Counted from the stretch's first letter, positions 39,472-49,552 are shown. The stretch is DNA of 64,000 bases from Octopus vulgaris (GCA_951406725.2 OX597819.1:96286001-96350000); one strand, 5' to 3'. Made by a program: numbers and translations. The notes: generated by a model from the letters alone, not told the origin.

Positions 39472-41529
39472 TTAGATGAGGAGGGGGGCAGAGTTGAGAC
39501 CAAATGGCGTATAAGAGCGAAGAGAGAAGATTAATTCCTGTTCACGGCGCAAACGGGAATCCGGATGGCCTCTGTGTAAGGACAAACCGAACACAGATAG
39601 GTGTTGCAAGGAGTGACCGGTGGAGCGGAAATGGCGTGAGACCGGTGTGTCGTTCGCAAGGTGGATGTCACGAAGGTGTTCCGCGAACCGGTCAGCCAAG
39701 CGGCGTCCCGTTTGTCCGATGTACAAGGAATTGCAGAGAGAGCAAGAGATGCAATAGATAATATTGCTGGAGGTGCAGGTGAAGGAGTGGATGATGGGAT
39801 AGGGTCGATGGTGGGTGCTAGTGAGGCGGGTGGTGTTGGAGAGGTAAGGGCAAGTGCGGCAACGTGGGCGGGAGCAGGGGAACGAGCCGGGTTGGGAGGT
39901 AGGGTCAGGGAAGGAGCTATGGACCAAAAGGTCTCGAAGGTTGTGGGCTCGTTTGAAAGAGGGGAGGGGTCGGTTAGGGAAGAGGTGTGAAGTGGACGGG
40001 TCGGACTGGAGATGACGGAAAGCTCGAAGAATGGTGCGTTGGAGACGTAGGGTCGTGGGGTGGTAAGTGAGGGGAAAAGGGAGGCGGGAGACTACAGGGC
40101 GGGTTCGGGGAGAGAGAGCAGATACACGGTCCACGGACCGTGCTCTGGCAAGGGCGGTGTGGATAGTGGTGAGGGGGTATCCACGTAGGGTGAAGTGGTG
40201 AGCCATACGTTGAGACTGAGTCTCAAAGTCATGGTCGTCACTACAGAGCCTACGTAGACGGAGGAATTGGGAATAGGGGATGGAAAGCTTGGTGTGTTCT
40301 GGGTGGGAGGAAGAGAAGTTGAGGTATGAGTGTGAGTCTGTGTGTTTGTAGTGAATGGAGGTGGTAAGAGTGGAGTGAAGAATGCTAACCGAAATGTCGA
40401 GGAAGGAGACAGAGGTGTTGGAGATAGTGGAAGTGAAGTGGAGGGCTGGATGGAAAGATTGGACGAAAGAGAGGAAGGAATCTAGATGTTCGCGGGAGAG
40501 TGAGGTGGCACCGATAATGTCGTCAATATAACGACCATATAGTTCAGGAGTGGGACCAGTGAAATTAGAGAATATTTGGGCCTCAACATAGCCAACGAAC
40601 AGGTTCGCATAGTTGGGGCCCATTCGCGTTCCCATGGCCACTCCCGAGACCTGATGGTAGAACTCGCCCGCGAACGAGAAGCAGTTCAGAGTAAGGACAA
40701 GTTCGGCCAGACGAATGAGTGTGGAGGTGTCAGGTACAGGGTTAGAGCGGAGGTCAAGAAAGTGTCGAAGGGCCTGCAGTCCTTCGTGGTGAGGGATAAC
40801 AGTATAGAGGCTTTGGATGTCCATAGTAAAAAGGATTTTGGAGGAGCCGGGAGGAAAGGAGAAAGAGTTGAAAAGCCGGAGAGCATGGTTGGTATCGTGG
40901 ATGTGGGAGGGAAGAGATGCCACTAGGGGGGCAAGGACACGGTCGAGGTATTTAGAGATGAGCTCCGTGGGGCAGTTACAGGCGGAGACGATGGGGCGGC
41001 CAGGGTTGTTGGGTTTGTGGATTTTGGGGAGGAAGTAAATGGTGGGGGTACGTGGGGTTCGCACAATTAGGTTGGATGCGGTGCGGGGGAGACGGGAGGA
41101 CGAGATGAGGTCTTGGACGGTAGAGGATACCGTCTGTTGGTAGCTACGTGTGGGGTTAGAGGGCAGAGGGGAATAGAAGGAGGTGTCATTGAGTTGGCGG
41201 AAAGCCTCGGCCCTATAGAGGTCAGCGCGCCACACCACTACAGCTCCACCCTTGTCAGCCGGTTTGATGATAATGTCAGCGCGCCGTTGGAGGGAACGAA
41301 GAGCCAAGAGCTCAGCCGGGGAGATGTTGAGGCGGCGTTGGCGCCTGGAGAAGTTGAACCGCTCCAATGCACGCTGACAAGCGCCCGCGAAAAGATCCAC
41401 TGCTAGGATCTGGCCAGGGGCAGGCGTCCACGGGGATGGTCGGCGGCCCAGGCCAGTGAAGCAGTCGTCCTCTTCGTGGGGTGTGGGTGGCGAGTCGTGG
41501 TAATGCGCACCCAACCGGACACGGCGCAC
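39472..41529 (-). CDS. PLE (Neptune-type) reverse transcriptase and GIY-YIG endonuclease; this frame stays open upstream to ~41775
   Basis: IKPADKGGAVVV, YFLPKIHK..PGRPIVS, FTMDIQSLYT, QVSGVAMG, YGRYIDD, FLD, SSHPEHTKLSIPYSQFLR; linker CSRPRCRTC; NIIYCISCSLCNSLYIGQTGRRLADRFAEH..REQELI..GLN. Confidence 0.97.
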   Translation of the reverse strand: MRRVRLGAHYHDSPPTPHEEDDCFTGLGRRPSPWTPAPGQILAVDLFAGACQRALERFNFSRRQRRLNISPAELLALRSLQRRADIIIKPADKGGAVVVWRADLYRAEAFRQLNDTSFYSPLPSNPTRSYQQTVSSTVQDLISSSRLPRTASNLIVRTPRTPTIYFLPKIHKPNNPGRPIVSACNCPTELISKYLDRVLAPLVASLPSHIHDTNHALRLFNSFSFPPGSSKILFTMDIQSLYTVIPHHEGLQALRHFLDLRSNPVPDTSTLIRLAELVLTLNCFSFAGEFYHQVSGVAMGTRMGPNYANLFVGYVEAQIFSNFTGPTPELYGRYIDDIIGATSLSREHLDSFLSFVQSFHPALHFTSTISNTSVSFLDISVSILHSTLTTSIHYKHTDSHSYLNFSSSHPEHTKLSIPYSQFLRLRRLCSDDHDFETQSQRMAHHFTLRGYPLTTIHTALARARSVDRVSALSPRTRPVVSRLPFPLTYHPTTLRLQRTILRAFRHLQSDPSTSHLFPNRPLPSFKRAHNLRDLLVHSSFPDPTSQPGSFPCSRPRCRTCPYLSNTTRLTSTHHRPYPIIHSFTCTSSNIIYCISCSLCNSLYIGQTGRRLADRFAEHLRDIHLANDTPVSRHFRSTGHSLQHLSVFGLSLHRGHPDSRLRREQELIFSLRSYTPFGLNSAPLLI

Positions 41530-42416
41530 AAAGCTGTGGACATCAACTCGCGTCTGGAATTCCTTACAGGATGGAGTGAGGGGGATGAAACGCAGACCCC
41601 TACCAAGGACGGAGCGTTCAGCCGCAGAGAGGGGAAGATCGGGGGGAATGGTAACAACAGACGGAAGTGGAGAAGGGGTGGGTGGAATAGAAGTAGGAGG
41701 GGTGGTAGGTCTCGTGGAGGTCTGAGGGGGAGGGATTGTGGAGGTGTGTGGGGGTGGTTGGGCGGGGCAGTAGGGTTAGGTGTAGGTGGATGGAGCCTAA
41801 CGGGAGGGGAGAAGGGGTTGTAGGGAGGGGCAGTGGGGTTAGGTGTGGGTGGATGGAGCCTATCGGGAGGGGAGAAGGGTGGTGGAGGAGTTGGGGTAGT
41901 GGCGTCGGGTAGGGTGGAATGGAAGAGTGATTGGAGTTTACGAAGTTTGGTATCAGAAAGAAATTGATGGAAGAGTTGATTCAAATGGATAATGAAGCGT
42001 AGCGTGTTTGGAGCATAGAGAGGCGGCAGAGAGGAGAAGAAGGTGGAGAAAGCAGGAGGAAGAAGGCGGTTGATGGCATGTAGTTTGGAGAGATTGGAGC
42101 GAATGGTGGCCCGCATAAGGCGGTAAGATGTGTTGCGGAGTATGGGTAAGATGGAAGAATCCGAGTGGAGAGCAGGGTGGAAGTGGAGGCGGAAACCTTT
42201 AGGGATGAGTCGGTGATGTAGGCAGCGGCTTAGGAAAGAGACATGGCTAGAGAAGCGGGTTTTTTTAAAAAGAAGTAGAGAGAGATTAACGGACGGCTGA
42301 AGGCAATATACAGGAAGCGAACGTAGATGATCCTTCAAACGGTGATGGAGGGTGAGGAGGTAGGACCTAGGATCCGGCATGATGGGATAGCGGAAAAAAA
42401 ACGTTCGAAAAAACAA
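41403..42416 (-). CDS. N-terminal domain and Pro-rich linker of the same PLE polyprotein (joined by a -1 frameshift at ~41660-41775)
   Basis: HVSFLSRCLHHRLIPKGFR is a typical PLE N-terminal motif. The RT frame reads PSVVTIPPDLPLSAAERSVLGRGLRFIP upstream of 41529. Confidence 0.85.
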   Translation of the reverse strand: MFFRTFFFRYPIMPDPRSYLLTLHHRLKDHLRSLPVYCLQPSVNLSLLLFKKTRFSSHVSFLSRCLHHRLIPKGFRLHFHPALHSDSSILPILRNTSYRLMRATIRSNLSKLHAINRLLPPAFSTFFSSLPPLYAPNTLRFIIHLNQLFHQFLSDTKLRKLQSLFHSTLPDATTPTPPPPFSPPDRLHPPTPNPTAPPYNPFSPPVRLHPPTPNPTAPPNHPHTPPQSLPLRPPRDLPPLLLLFHPPLLHFRLLLPFPPIFPSLRLNAPSLVGVCVSSPSLHPVRNSRRELMSTALCAVSGWVRITTTRHPHPTKRTTASLAWAADHPRGRLPLARS

Positions 42417-42851
42417 AAAAAAACAAAAAACAAAAATTATCGTATGAAAAAAATAGAAGAAAAGGATAGCGAAAAAAGGGGAAAAAGCAAACGTTCAAAA
42501 AAAACAAAAAAATAATAATCGTATGAAAAAACTAGATAAGTAAGCGATAGGGGCAGAAAAGACGGGGCAAACGGAAAAGGGAAAGAAAGAAGGGAAGCAG
42601 AGAGAGGGGGATATATATACGTACATGTATGCATATGCCTCTGATTAGGTGTCGCCGTGACAACTTTCTCTGTCATGGTCAATACGACAGTCACACTTTA
42701 CACACGTAGTTCGAAGCACTGGTGTAAAAAGCAGAAGTGACCTAGAACCATAAAACTTAGTCCAGAAATACAGCAGCGGTCAAGGTCAATCTGTGCCAAG
42801 CGGTTTTACACTGTGTGCTTTATCAGTCCGGCTACTTATTGAGCAGACCTC

Positions 42852-42920
<69 letters not shown>

Positions 42921-42923
<3 letters not shown>

Positions 42924-43368
42924 AGTAAAAAAGGGGTAGAATTAATTAATTGTTAATCAATTCGACCAAGCAGTATTCGGTATGTAAAAGGACCATTTAC
43001 GGTATATTTGAAGTATTAATTTATAAAAATATGGTAAAGTAAAAAAATTCACTTTACCACACACCCGAACGGGTATGTTTGATTCTTAGTATTTTCAAAT
43101 CTAAATCAGAAGAAATCTCTGAGCTGATGAAGGAAAAGTGGCGTTTAACCCACAAATCCAGAAACAGGCTGTCCTCGGGTATCTTATATGGATGTGATCT
43201 TTCATTGTTTTTCCCTTATACCTATGTGAGTTATTTTCTGAGTATGCATTGTCTGGAGACTTTTATTTGCAGTTGAAGAAATAGCCAAATTTTTGGCTGC
43301 TATTTCTGAAAAGTTCGGTGTGTGGTAAAGTGAATTTTTTTACTTTACCATATTTTTATAAATTAATA

Positions 43369-43372
<4 letters not shown>
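42921..43372 (+). mobile_element. Isolated PLE pseudo-LTR-like fragment with hammerhead and ~60-bp inverted repeat, flanked by (TA)n
   Basis: IR 43011-43070 / 43313-43371 (aagtattaatttataaaaatatggtaaag..ccacacacc.gaac); hammerhead lies between the arms. Confidence 0.75.
43118..43179 (+). ncRNA. Type I hammerhead ribozyme (intact core, GUC site)
   Basis: tctgag-CTGATGA-a-gga..gtgg(cgtttaac)ccac..tcc-a-GAAA-cag-g-ct-GTC-ctcggg; cleavage predicted after 43173. Confidence 0.85.
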
Positions 43373-43404
<32 letters not shown>

Positions 43405-43434
43405 CATATGTGTGTGTGTGTGTGTGTGTGTGTG

Positions 43435-43600
43435 TACAACGTGTTTCCTTCGGTTTCCATCAACCAAATCCACTCTCAAGGCCTCGGTCTGTTCGGGGCT
43501 ATAGTAGAAAACTTGCCCATGGTGCTGCGCAATAGGACTGAACCTAAGACCATATGGTTGGGAAGTAAGTTTTTTAACCACACAACAACGCCTGTGCCTA
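43435..43600 (-). mobile_element. SINE family B, 5' half
   Basis: accaaatccactc.caaggc..ggggctatagtagaa..cttgccca..ggactgaacc. Confidence 0.8.
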
Positions 43601-44841
43601 CTTTGCAGATATTTAATTTTGAATTCCAAATAAAAGTGTATTATAATATTTAAAAAACAAACAAAGCTATCATTATTAGTATAATTACATCGATTGAGCA
43701 ACCATAGAACAATTGATACACATGTAATGGGTAAGAAAATGTTGCTTTGCTGACATGTATGTTTGCGTGAGTTTACGTTATCCACAGTGTGATATTGGGG
43801 GTGGGGGTGTCAAGAGCAAAGGTATGGAAAGTGGTCGTACATGATAGCGAATCGAAAGCTATCCGCCCTACCAAATCATAATCACATACAGGAACACACA
43901 CTCGCGCATACATATTCACGCACACACATACATACATACATACATACATACATACATACATACATACATACATACATACACACACAAATACACAAACACA
44001 GGCACACAGACACACACACACATACACTCACAGTTACGCACACATATACTTATATACATTCATGCTGTACACATAAACCGATATAAATGTATTGAAACAT
44101 ACAATGGAAGTTGACTTGATATAAAGAATATGACCATCGCTTATTAATGAGAAAGGAAATGAAAGTGACTTTTTTTCTTGCCTCAGTCGATAGTTTTCAA
44201 CTTTTATTTAAATATTTAAATATCTCTTCTCAGTTAAATGCAACGCAGAAACATGACATTTGACATTGTGTAAAAACATGTATCTCCTTCAGTTCACCAG
44301 TAAGAAAAACAACAGTTTTTGCACTATTTGCAGAAATATATTTAGTCTGGTGATGAAGATCAGTTATTTGCTGACTTCTTGAATTGTTAAGAAACCCACT
44401 GTTGAAATTGAAACTCGGTTACAAGTTGAACATTTAAAGGGATCATTATTTATGAGGTTCTTTTCCCTTGCGTCACGTTTCAATTTTGCATGTGTAATGC
44501 GATTCCCAATGCATGGTTACACTATGTATATCTTTGCTCCATGATGTCCTATCAATTTCGCTTATTTCTCATCTTTCCAAATGAATATCACTATTTTTGG
44601 ATCAGATTTAATGCATTTATCTTAACTTTGTTGCATAAAGAACATTCTCCAAAACATAATTGCCCCTAGAGTAAACTCTTATGAATTATATTCATCCTTC
44701 ATACAAAATACGAGATTTGTATCGAAAGTAACACAAAAATGGACATAGCTGTTTCATTAACTGACATAATTCATTCAAATGGGTAGAGTAACTCTTCCTC
44801 TAAAGTAACGTTTTCTCCTGGTCTTTCAATTGGGGCAAATA

Positions 44842-45210
44842 ATGGGTTTTAAGAATAAGCAACGTGTCATCGTTGATTTCTTGATGAACGAAGAGTGCAG
44901 TCTGACCGACATCCACAGATGTCTACAGGCTGTTTACGGAGATGGCACCATTGCCAAGAGCAGTGTGTACAGATGAACGAAGAAGTTTAAAGAAATAAAA
45001 AAAATAAGTATTGAGGAGTTGCCACGCACTGGGAGATCATCAACTCCGAGTACTGACATGGATCACCAGCGAGTGGACGAATTCATTTGCGCGAAGAGAC
45101 GGGTCACAATCCGTGACTATGATGTATTATGGACGAGGTAGAACACTGTAACGAAAAGTGCTTGCAAAATGGCTACCTTGGTAGTTGACACTCGATTTGA
45201 AGGAGGGACG
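44842..45210 (+). pseudogene. Mariner-type transposase N-terminal HTH fragment, truncated by the PLE insertion
   Basis: MGFKNKQRVIVDFL..TDIHRCLQAVYGDGTIAKSSVYR*TKKFK..SIEELPRTGR..RRVTIR..KVLAKWLPW*LT (WVPHEL-like motif). Confidence 0.85.
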
Positions 45211-45211
45211 A

Positions 45212-45261
45212 CAAAATCTGTTACTCTGAGTTTCTCGTTGCCGTTCGTCAGACAGTTTTTG
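45212..45261 (-). ncRNA. Type I hammerhead ribozyme (inverted copy)
   Basis: Reverse complement: caaaaactgt-CTGACGA-a-cg(gcaa)cg-a-GAAA-ctc-a-ga-GTA-acagattttg. Confidence 0.8.
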
Positions 45262-45987
45262 CTAGAATGGAACCGATATATCAATTCAATCTAGACTCTT
45301 ACAAACGCTACACCTTTAAAAAGAAATGGACTTGTTTGATTGGCCCTTTAGAAAAAAACGGTCAATCTTCGAGCGATAAACAAAAAGGTCAAAAATATAT
45401 GTATATATATATAAAAAAACTTATAAAAAATTATAAAATCCGAGGAAAAAACCTTACATTGAATAAAATACATATTGACGTTAATGAAGAAAGTATAAAT
45501 TAATTCATAGGAATTAAACCTGTTATAAATATTACACTGCAATACATATTTTTATTAAAATGTGCATATATATATCAACATGCACAAAAGGATGCGCGCC
45601 AACGCCATACATATACAGACGTATGGATATAAATCTAAATATACACATAAATGCATGTGTACATATATTCACGCAAACCATCTCGCACGCAAGTTAAAAA
45701 TCATGTATGTAGCGATTCTCATATACTGAGTAAGAGGGGGGAACGAAAGAAAGGAAGAGAGAGAAAAAGGAACGAAGGAGGGGTGGGGAAAAAACGAAAT
45801 AAGAAAAAATTATGTATACAATCTGTGTAACGGCATTATTGGCATATATGGAGACAAGTATACAAACAAGTTCGAATGGATACATACACATACAGTCGTG
45901 TATATGTGTGCTTAAGCACAAACATACTCTCACTTACACATACACAGATACGCATGCTTACAAATACATATATCGGTTCCATTCTAG

Positions 45988-46037
45988 CAAAAACTGTCTG
46001 ATGAACGGCAACGAGAAACTCAGAGTAACAGATTTTG
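45988..46037 (+). ncRNA. Type I hammerhead ribozyme (5' pseudo-LTR)
   Basis: caaaaactgt-CTGATGA-a-cg(gcaa)cg-a-GAAA-ctc-a-ga-GTA-acagattttg; GUA site at 46025-46027. Confidence 0.85.
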
Positions 46038-46202
46038 TTGAATTTTCTGCTGCTTAAAATAAAGCATATTACTCTACCACTGGTATTTGAGTACTCTTTT
46101 TTCCACCTTGTTTCACATTTATGTGTTTACTCCGGTGTAACCCGCTCCTTATAAAAGTTTGAGCGACTCTGCACAAGTAGGAAGAACAAATAGCTGAAAA
46201 AG

Positions 46203-47219
46203 ATGGAACTTTACCCGCTGGATTTTTCTCAGAAAAATATACCTATCCCTGCACGGAAACAATATCTCAAAGGTCTTATAGAGAAAACGGAAGAGTTTAT
46301 TCGAAGATTGAGATGGAAAGCCTTCTTCTTTGATAATAAACAGAAAATAGAAGGAAACAAATATGGATTTAAATCTCCCAGAAACCCGCCACCTATTCCG
46401 GAATTAGAAGCCTTCGAGAAAGACCTTTTCGAGCTTATTAGGAAAATTAAATTCCGCAAATATACCAACGTATTGCAGAAAAATATGAGTGAAAAAATTA
46501 AGGAGATTAACGACTCGAATAAGATCTTCGTTAATTCTGATAAGACAAGGAACTTATATGCACTTGATAAGGACGTTTATAAGCGCCTGATTTCGAATAG
46601 TGTCACAGACACGTACAAAAAAGACAACACGAATATATACAAAGAGGTGAACTTAGAAGCAAGAGGAATAGCTGACGATCTTAAGATTAGCGATAGGATT
46701 GAATATCTTTCACCACGACCAGCTTTTATTACTCTGAAAGACCATAAAGCCAATTTTAGTAGAAACCCCAAATGTAGATTGATAAATCCGGCTAAAACTG
46801 AGATAGGAATTATTAGCAAAAATATTTTGGACCGTATTTTAGTTAAGTTAGATAGTGAAGTAGACTTGAGAATTTGGAAGAATAGTAAGTCAGTCATAGA
46901 GTGGTTTAAATGTATTAGCTATAAGAATAATTGTAGTTTCACACAATTCGACATTATTGACTTTTACCCGTCAATATCTAGGACGTTGCTCCTAAGGGCA
47001 TTGGACTTCGCCAAACAATATGTCAACATCGATAGCTCGGAAATTGATATTATTATGCATGCGAGGAAATCGCTTCTTTTTTTCGAGGATTCCACCTGGA
47101 TTAAGAAGACTGAGGATTCTCTTTTCGATGTACCGATGGGGGCATACGACGGGGCTGAGTTATGTATGCTCATAGGAGCCTTTATTCTCCATAATCTAAA
47201 AATAGAATTCCCTTTATAG
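46203..47219 (+). CDS. Naiad-type PLE RT, N-terminal half (-1 frameshift at ~47210-47216)
   Basis: SQKNIPIP, FIRRLRWKAFFF, NSDKTRNLY, AFITLKDHK.NF..NPKCRLINPAK, FTQFDIIDFYPSI, FDVPMGAYDGAELC. Confidence 0.93.
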   Translation: MELYPLDFSQKNIPIPARKQYLKGLIEKTEEFIRRLRWKAFFFDNKQKIEGNKYGFKSPRNPPPIPELEAFEKDLFELIRKIKFRKYTNVLQKNMSEKIKEINDSNKIFVNSDKTRNLYALDKDVYKRLISNSVTDTYKKDNTNIYKEVNLEARGIADDLKISDRIEYLSPRPAFITLKDHKANFSRNPKCRLINPAKTEIGIISKNILDRILVKLDSEVDLRIWKNSKSVIEWFKCISYKNNCSFTQFDIIDFYPSISRTLLLRALDFAKQYVNIDSSEIDIIMHARKSLLFFEDSTWIKKTEDSLFDVPMGAYDGAELCMLIGAFILHNLKIEFPL

Positions 47220-48337
47220 ATGCAGGTTTATATAGGGATGACGGCCTTATAGCCACGCATAATCTAAACGGCCATGAATCAGATAGACTTAGGAAGGACC
47301 TCATAGCTTTCTTTCAAAGGATGGGCTTACGGGTTACGATAGATGCTAACCTGAATAGTGTAGATTTTTTAGACGTAAATTTTAATGTAAGATCGGATAG
47401 ATTTAAACCTTTCCGTAAGCCCAATGAAAAGCTATCGTATATTAGCAAAGATTCGAACCATCCACCAGTTATCCTTAGGAACTTAGTCAGCAATGTAGGT
47501 AGAAGAATATCTTCAATTTCTTCGGACGAGGCAGCATTCCATAATGCTGCACCTTATTACGATAGCGCATTAAAGAATAGTGGATTCTCTGAGAAGATCC
47601 AGTTCAACCAGCTTAATGCTGATAATAATGCTGCACGAAGAACTAGGACCAGGAAAGTTTTGTGGTTCAACCCGGCTTTCAATTTGGCCGTAAAGACTAA
47701 TATAGGTAAGGAATTTTTGAGATTAGTCTCTAAGCATTTTAAGCAGGGTCATAAATACTATAGGATTTTTAATAGAAGAACCCTGAAGGTTAGCTATTCT
47801 TGTTGCAGAAATTTCGCCTCTTACATTAGCCAACATAATAGGAAGCTAATTGAGATTAGACATGGTGCCGAGCCCATTAAGAAATGCAATTACAAAAACG
47901 AAAGCTCCTGTCCGTTAGAAGGGAAATGTCTAGTGAAAGGAGTAGTTTATAGAGCCAAGGTGCAAGTGGAAGGCTCATCAGAATACAAGACATACACAGG
48001 GGCTTCAGAAAATTCATTTAAAACAAGATTTTATTCTCATAAAAATTCATTTAAATACCCAGAGAATAGGAAGAGGACCAGCCTAGCAAAATATGTCTGG
48101 GAACTAAAAGAAAAGGAAGCCCCACCTTTCAACGTGACATGGAGCATTCTGGACAGGGCGGCACCATACAGGCATGGAGCATACAAAAATAATTTCAAGT
48201 GCAAACTTTGTCTATTAGAAAAAATGTACATCTTATTCAAAGACAATAATTCTTTGAATCAAAGAAGTGAGCTAATGAACTTATGTAGGCACGCGGCTAA
48301 ATTTAAAATGTCGAATATAAATGTACCATATGGATAG
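47213..48337 (+). CDS. Naiad-type PLE RT C-terminal half and GIY-YIG endonuclease
   Basis: The frame is open from ~47213: FIDAGLYRDDGL, VDFLDV, SNHPP, WFNP, KVSYSC, CPLEGKC..GVVYRAKV..YTGASENSFKTRF..H, CKLCLLEK..LNQRSEL..CRH. Confidence 0.93.
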   Translation, partial: FIDAGLYRDDGLIATHNLNGHESDRLRKDLIAFFQRMGLRVTIDANLNSVDFLDVNFNVRSDRFKPFRKPNEKLSYISKDSNHPPVILRNLVSNVGRRISSISSDEAAFHNAAPYYDSALKNSGFSEKIQFNQLNADNNAARRTRTRKVLWFNPAFNLAVKTNIGKEFLRLVSKHFKQGHKYYRIFNRRTLKVSYSCCRNFASYISQHNRKLIEIRHGAEPIKKCNYKNESSCPLEGKCLVKGVVYRAKVQVEGSSEYKTYTGASENSFKTRFYSHKNSFKYPENRKRTSLAKYVWELKEKEAPPFNVTWSILDRAAPYRHGAYKNNFKCKLCLLEKMYILFKDNNSLNQRSELMNLCRHAAKFKMSNINVPYG

Positions 48338-49403
48338 AGTATATATTTTGTATTTTTGATTTTTGAAATTTTGATTTTGACTCTTGAACGATGAGCGCTA
48401 CGATGGATTTTGTTTCCAAGCTATGCGGATCTTAATCCGTATAGCAAAGTCTTATGTTTCTACATATACATCAGGAAAAACCTTCGACCCTGTTTTCAGG
48501 TTATTGTATTGTATAGGATTACCTTGATTATTTATATTACCTTGATTATTTATAAATGATCCAAAATAGGGTGTTATATTTTATTTTATATGTCTTTCGT
48601 ATATATTTTTATTAATGCACCCATTCTTTTAAAAAAAAGCAATGTTTTTTTAAAAAAAGCAATGTTGTCAAAATTAGAATGTTGATGTAAGTATGTGTAT
48701 AGTCGAGGATATGTATTTGTAAGCATGCGTATCTGTGTATGTGTAAGTGAGAGTATGTTTGTGCTTAAGCACACATATACACGACTGTATGTGTATGTAT
48801 CCATTCGAACTTGTTTGTATACTTGTCTCCATATATGCCAATAATGCCGTTACACAGATTGTATACATAATTTTTTCTTATTTCGTTTTTTTCCCCACCC
48901 CTCCTTCGTTCCTTTTTCTCTCTCTTCCTTTCTTTCGTTCCCCCCTTACTCAGTATATGAGAATCGCTACATACATGATTTTTAACTTGCGTGCGAGATG
49001 GTTTGCGTGAATATATGTACACATGCATTTATGTGTATATTTAGATTTATATTCATACGTCTGTATATGTATGGCTTTGGCGCGCATCCTTTTGTGTATG
49101 TTGATATATATATGCACATTTTAATAAAAATATGTATTGCAGTGTAATATTTATAACAGGTTTAATTCCTATGAATTAATTTATACTTTCTTCATTAACG
49201 TCAATATGTATTTTATTCAATATGTATTTTATAATTTTTTATAAGTTTTTTTATATATATATACATATATTTTTGACCTTTTTGTTTATCGCTCGAAGAT
49301 TGACCGTTTTTTTCTAAAGGGCCAATCAAACAAGTCCATTACTTTTTAAAGGTGTAGCGTTTGTAAGAGTCTAGATTGAATTGATATATCGGTTCCATTC
49401 TAG

Positions 49404-49453
49404 CAAAAACTGTCTGATGAACGGCAACGAGAAACTCAGAGTAACAGATTTTG
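49404..49453 (+). ncRNA. Type I hammerhead ribozyme (3' pseudo-LTR)
   Basis: Identical to 45988-46037. Confidence 0.85.
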
Positions 49454-49479
49454 TTGAATTTTCTGCTGCTTAAAATAAA

Positions 49480-49552
<73 letters not shown>

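Larger units (their letters stand above)
38512..42854 (-). mobile_element. Near-intact Penelope-like element, Neptune-type, bounded by (TA)n on both sides
   Basis: RT plus Cys-rich linker plus C-terminal GIY-YIG; hammerhead motif at the 3' end; strong strand bias; (TA)n at 38478-38511 and 42855-42920. Confidence 0.93.
45211..49480 (+). mobile_element. Near-intact Penelope-like element, Naiad-type, with inverted 3' duplication and 97-bp direct pseudo-LTR
   Basis: IR 45211-45971 / 48709-49454; direct repeat 45968-46064 / 49384-49480; three hammerheads; 3' end abuts (TA)n. Confidence 0.93.

Noticed and set aside
39504-41823. Antisense + strand ORFs over the Neptune element
   Set aside because: Shadow ORFs of a GC-rich, strand-biased coding region, with no motifs.
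46203-48337. Selenoprotein-encoding Naiad (reported for some members of the clade)
   Set aside because: The reconstructed ORF has no in-frame TGA and I saw no SECIS motif; the interruption is a frameshift ending in TAG.
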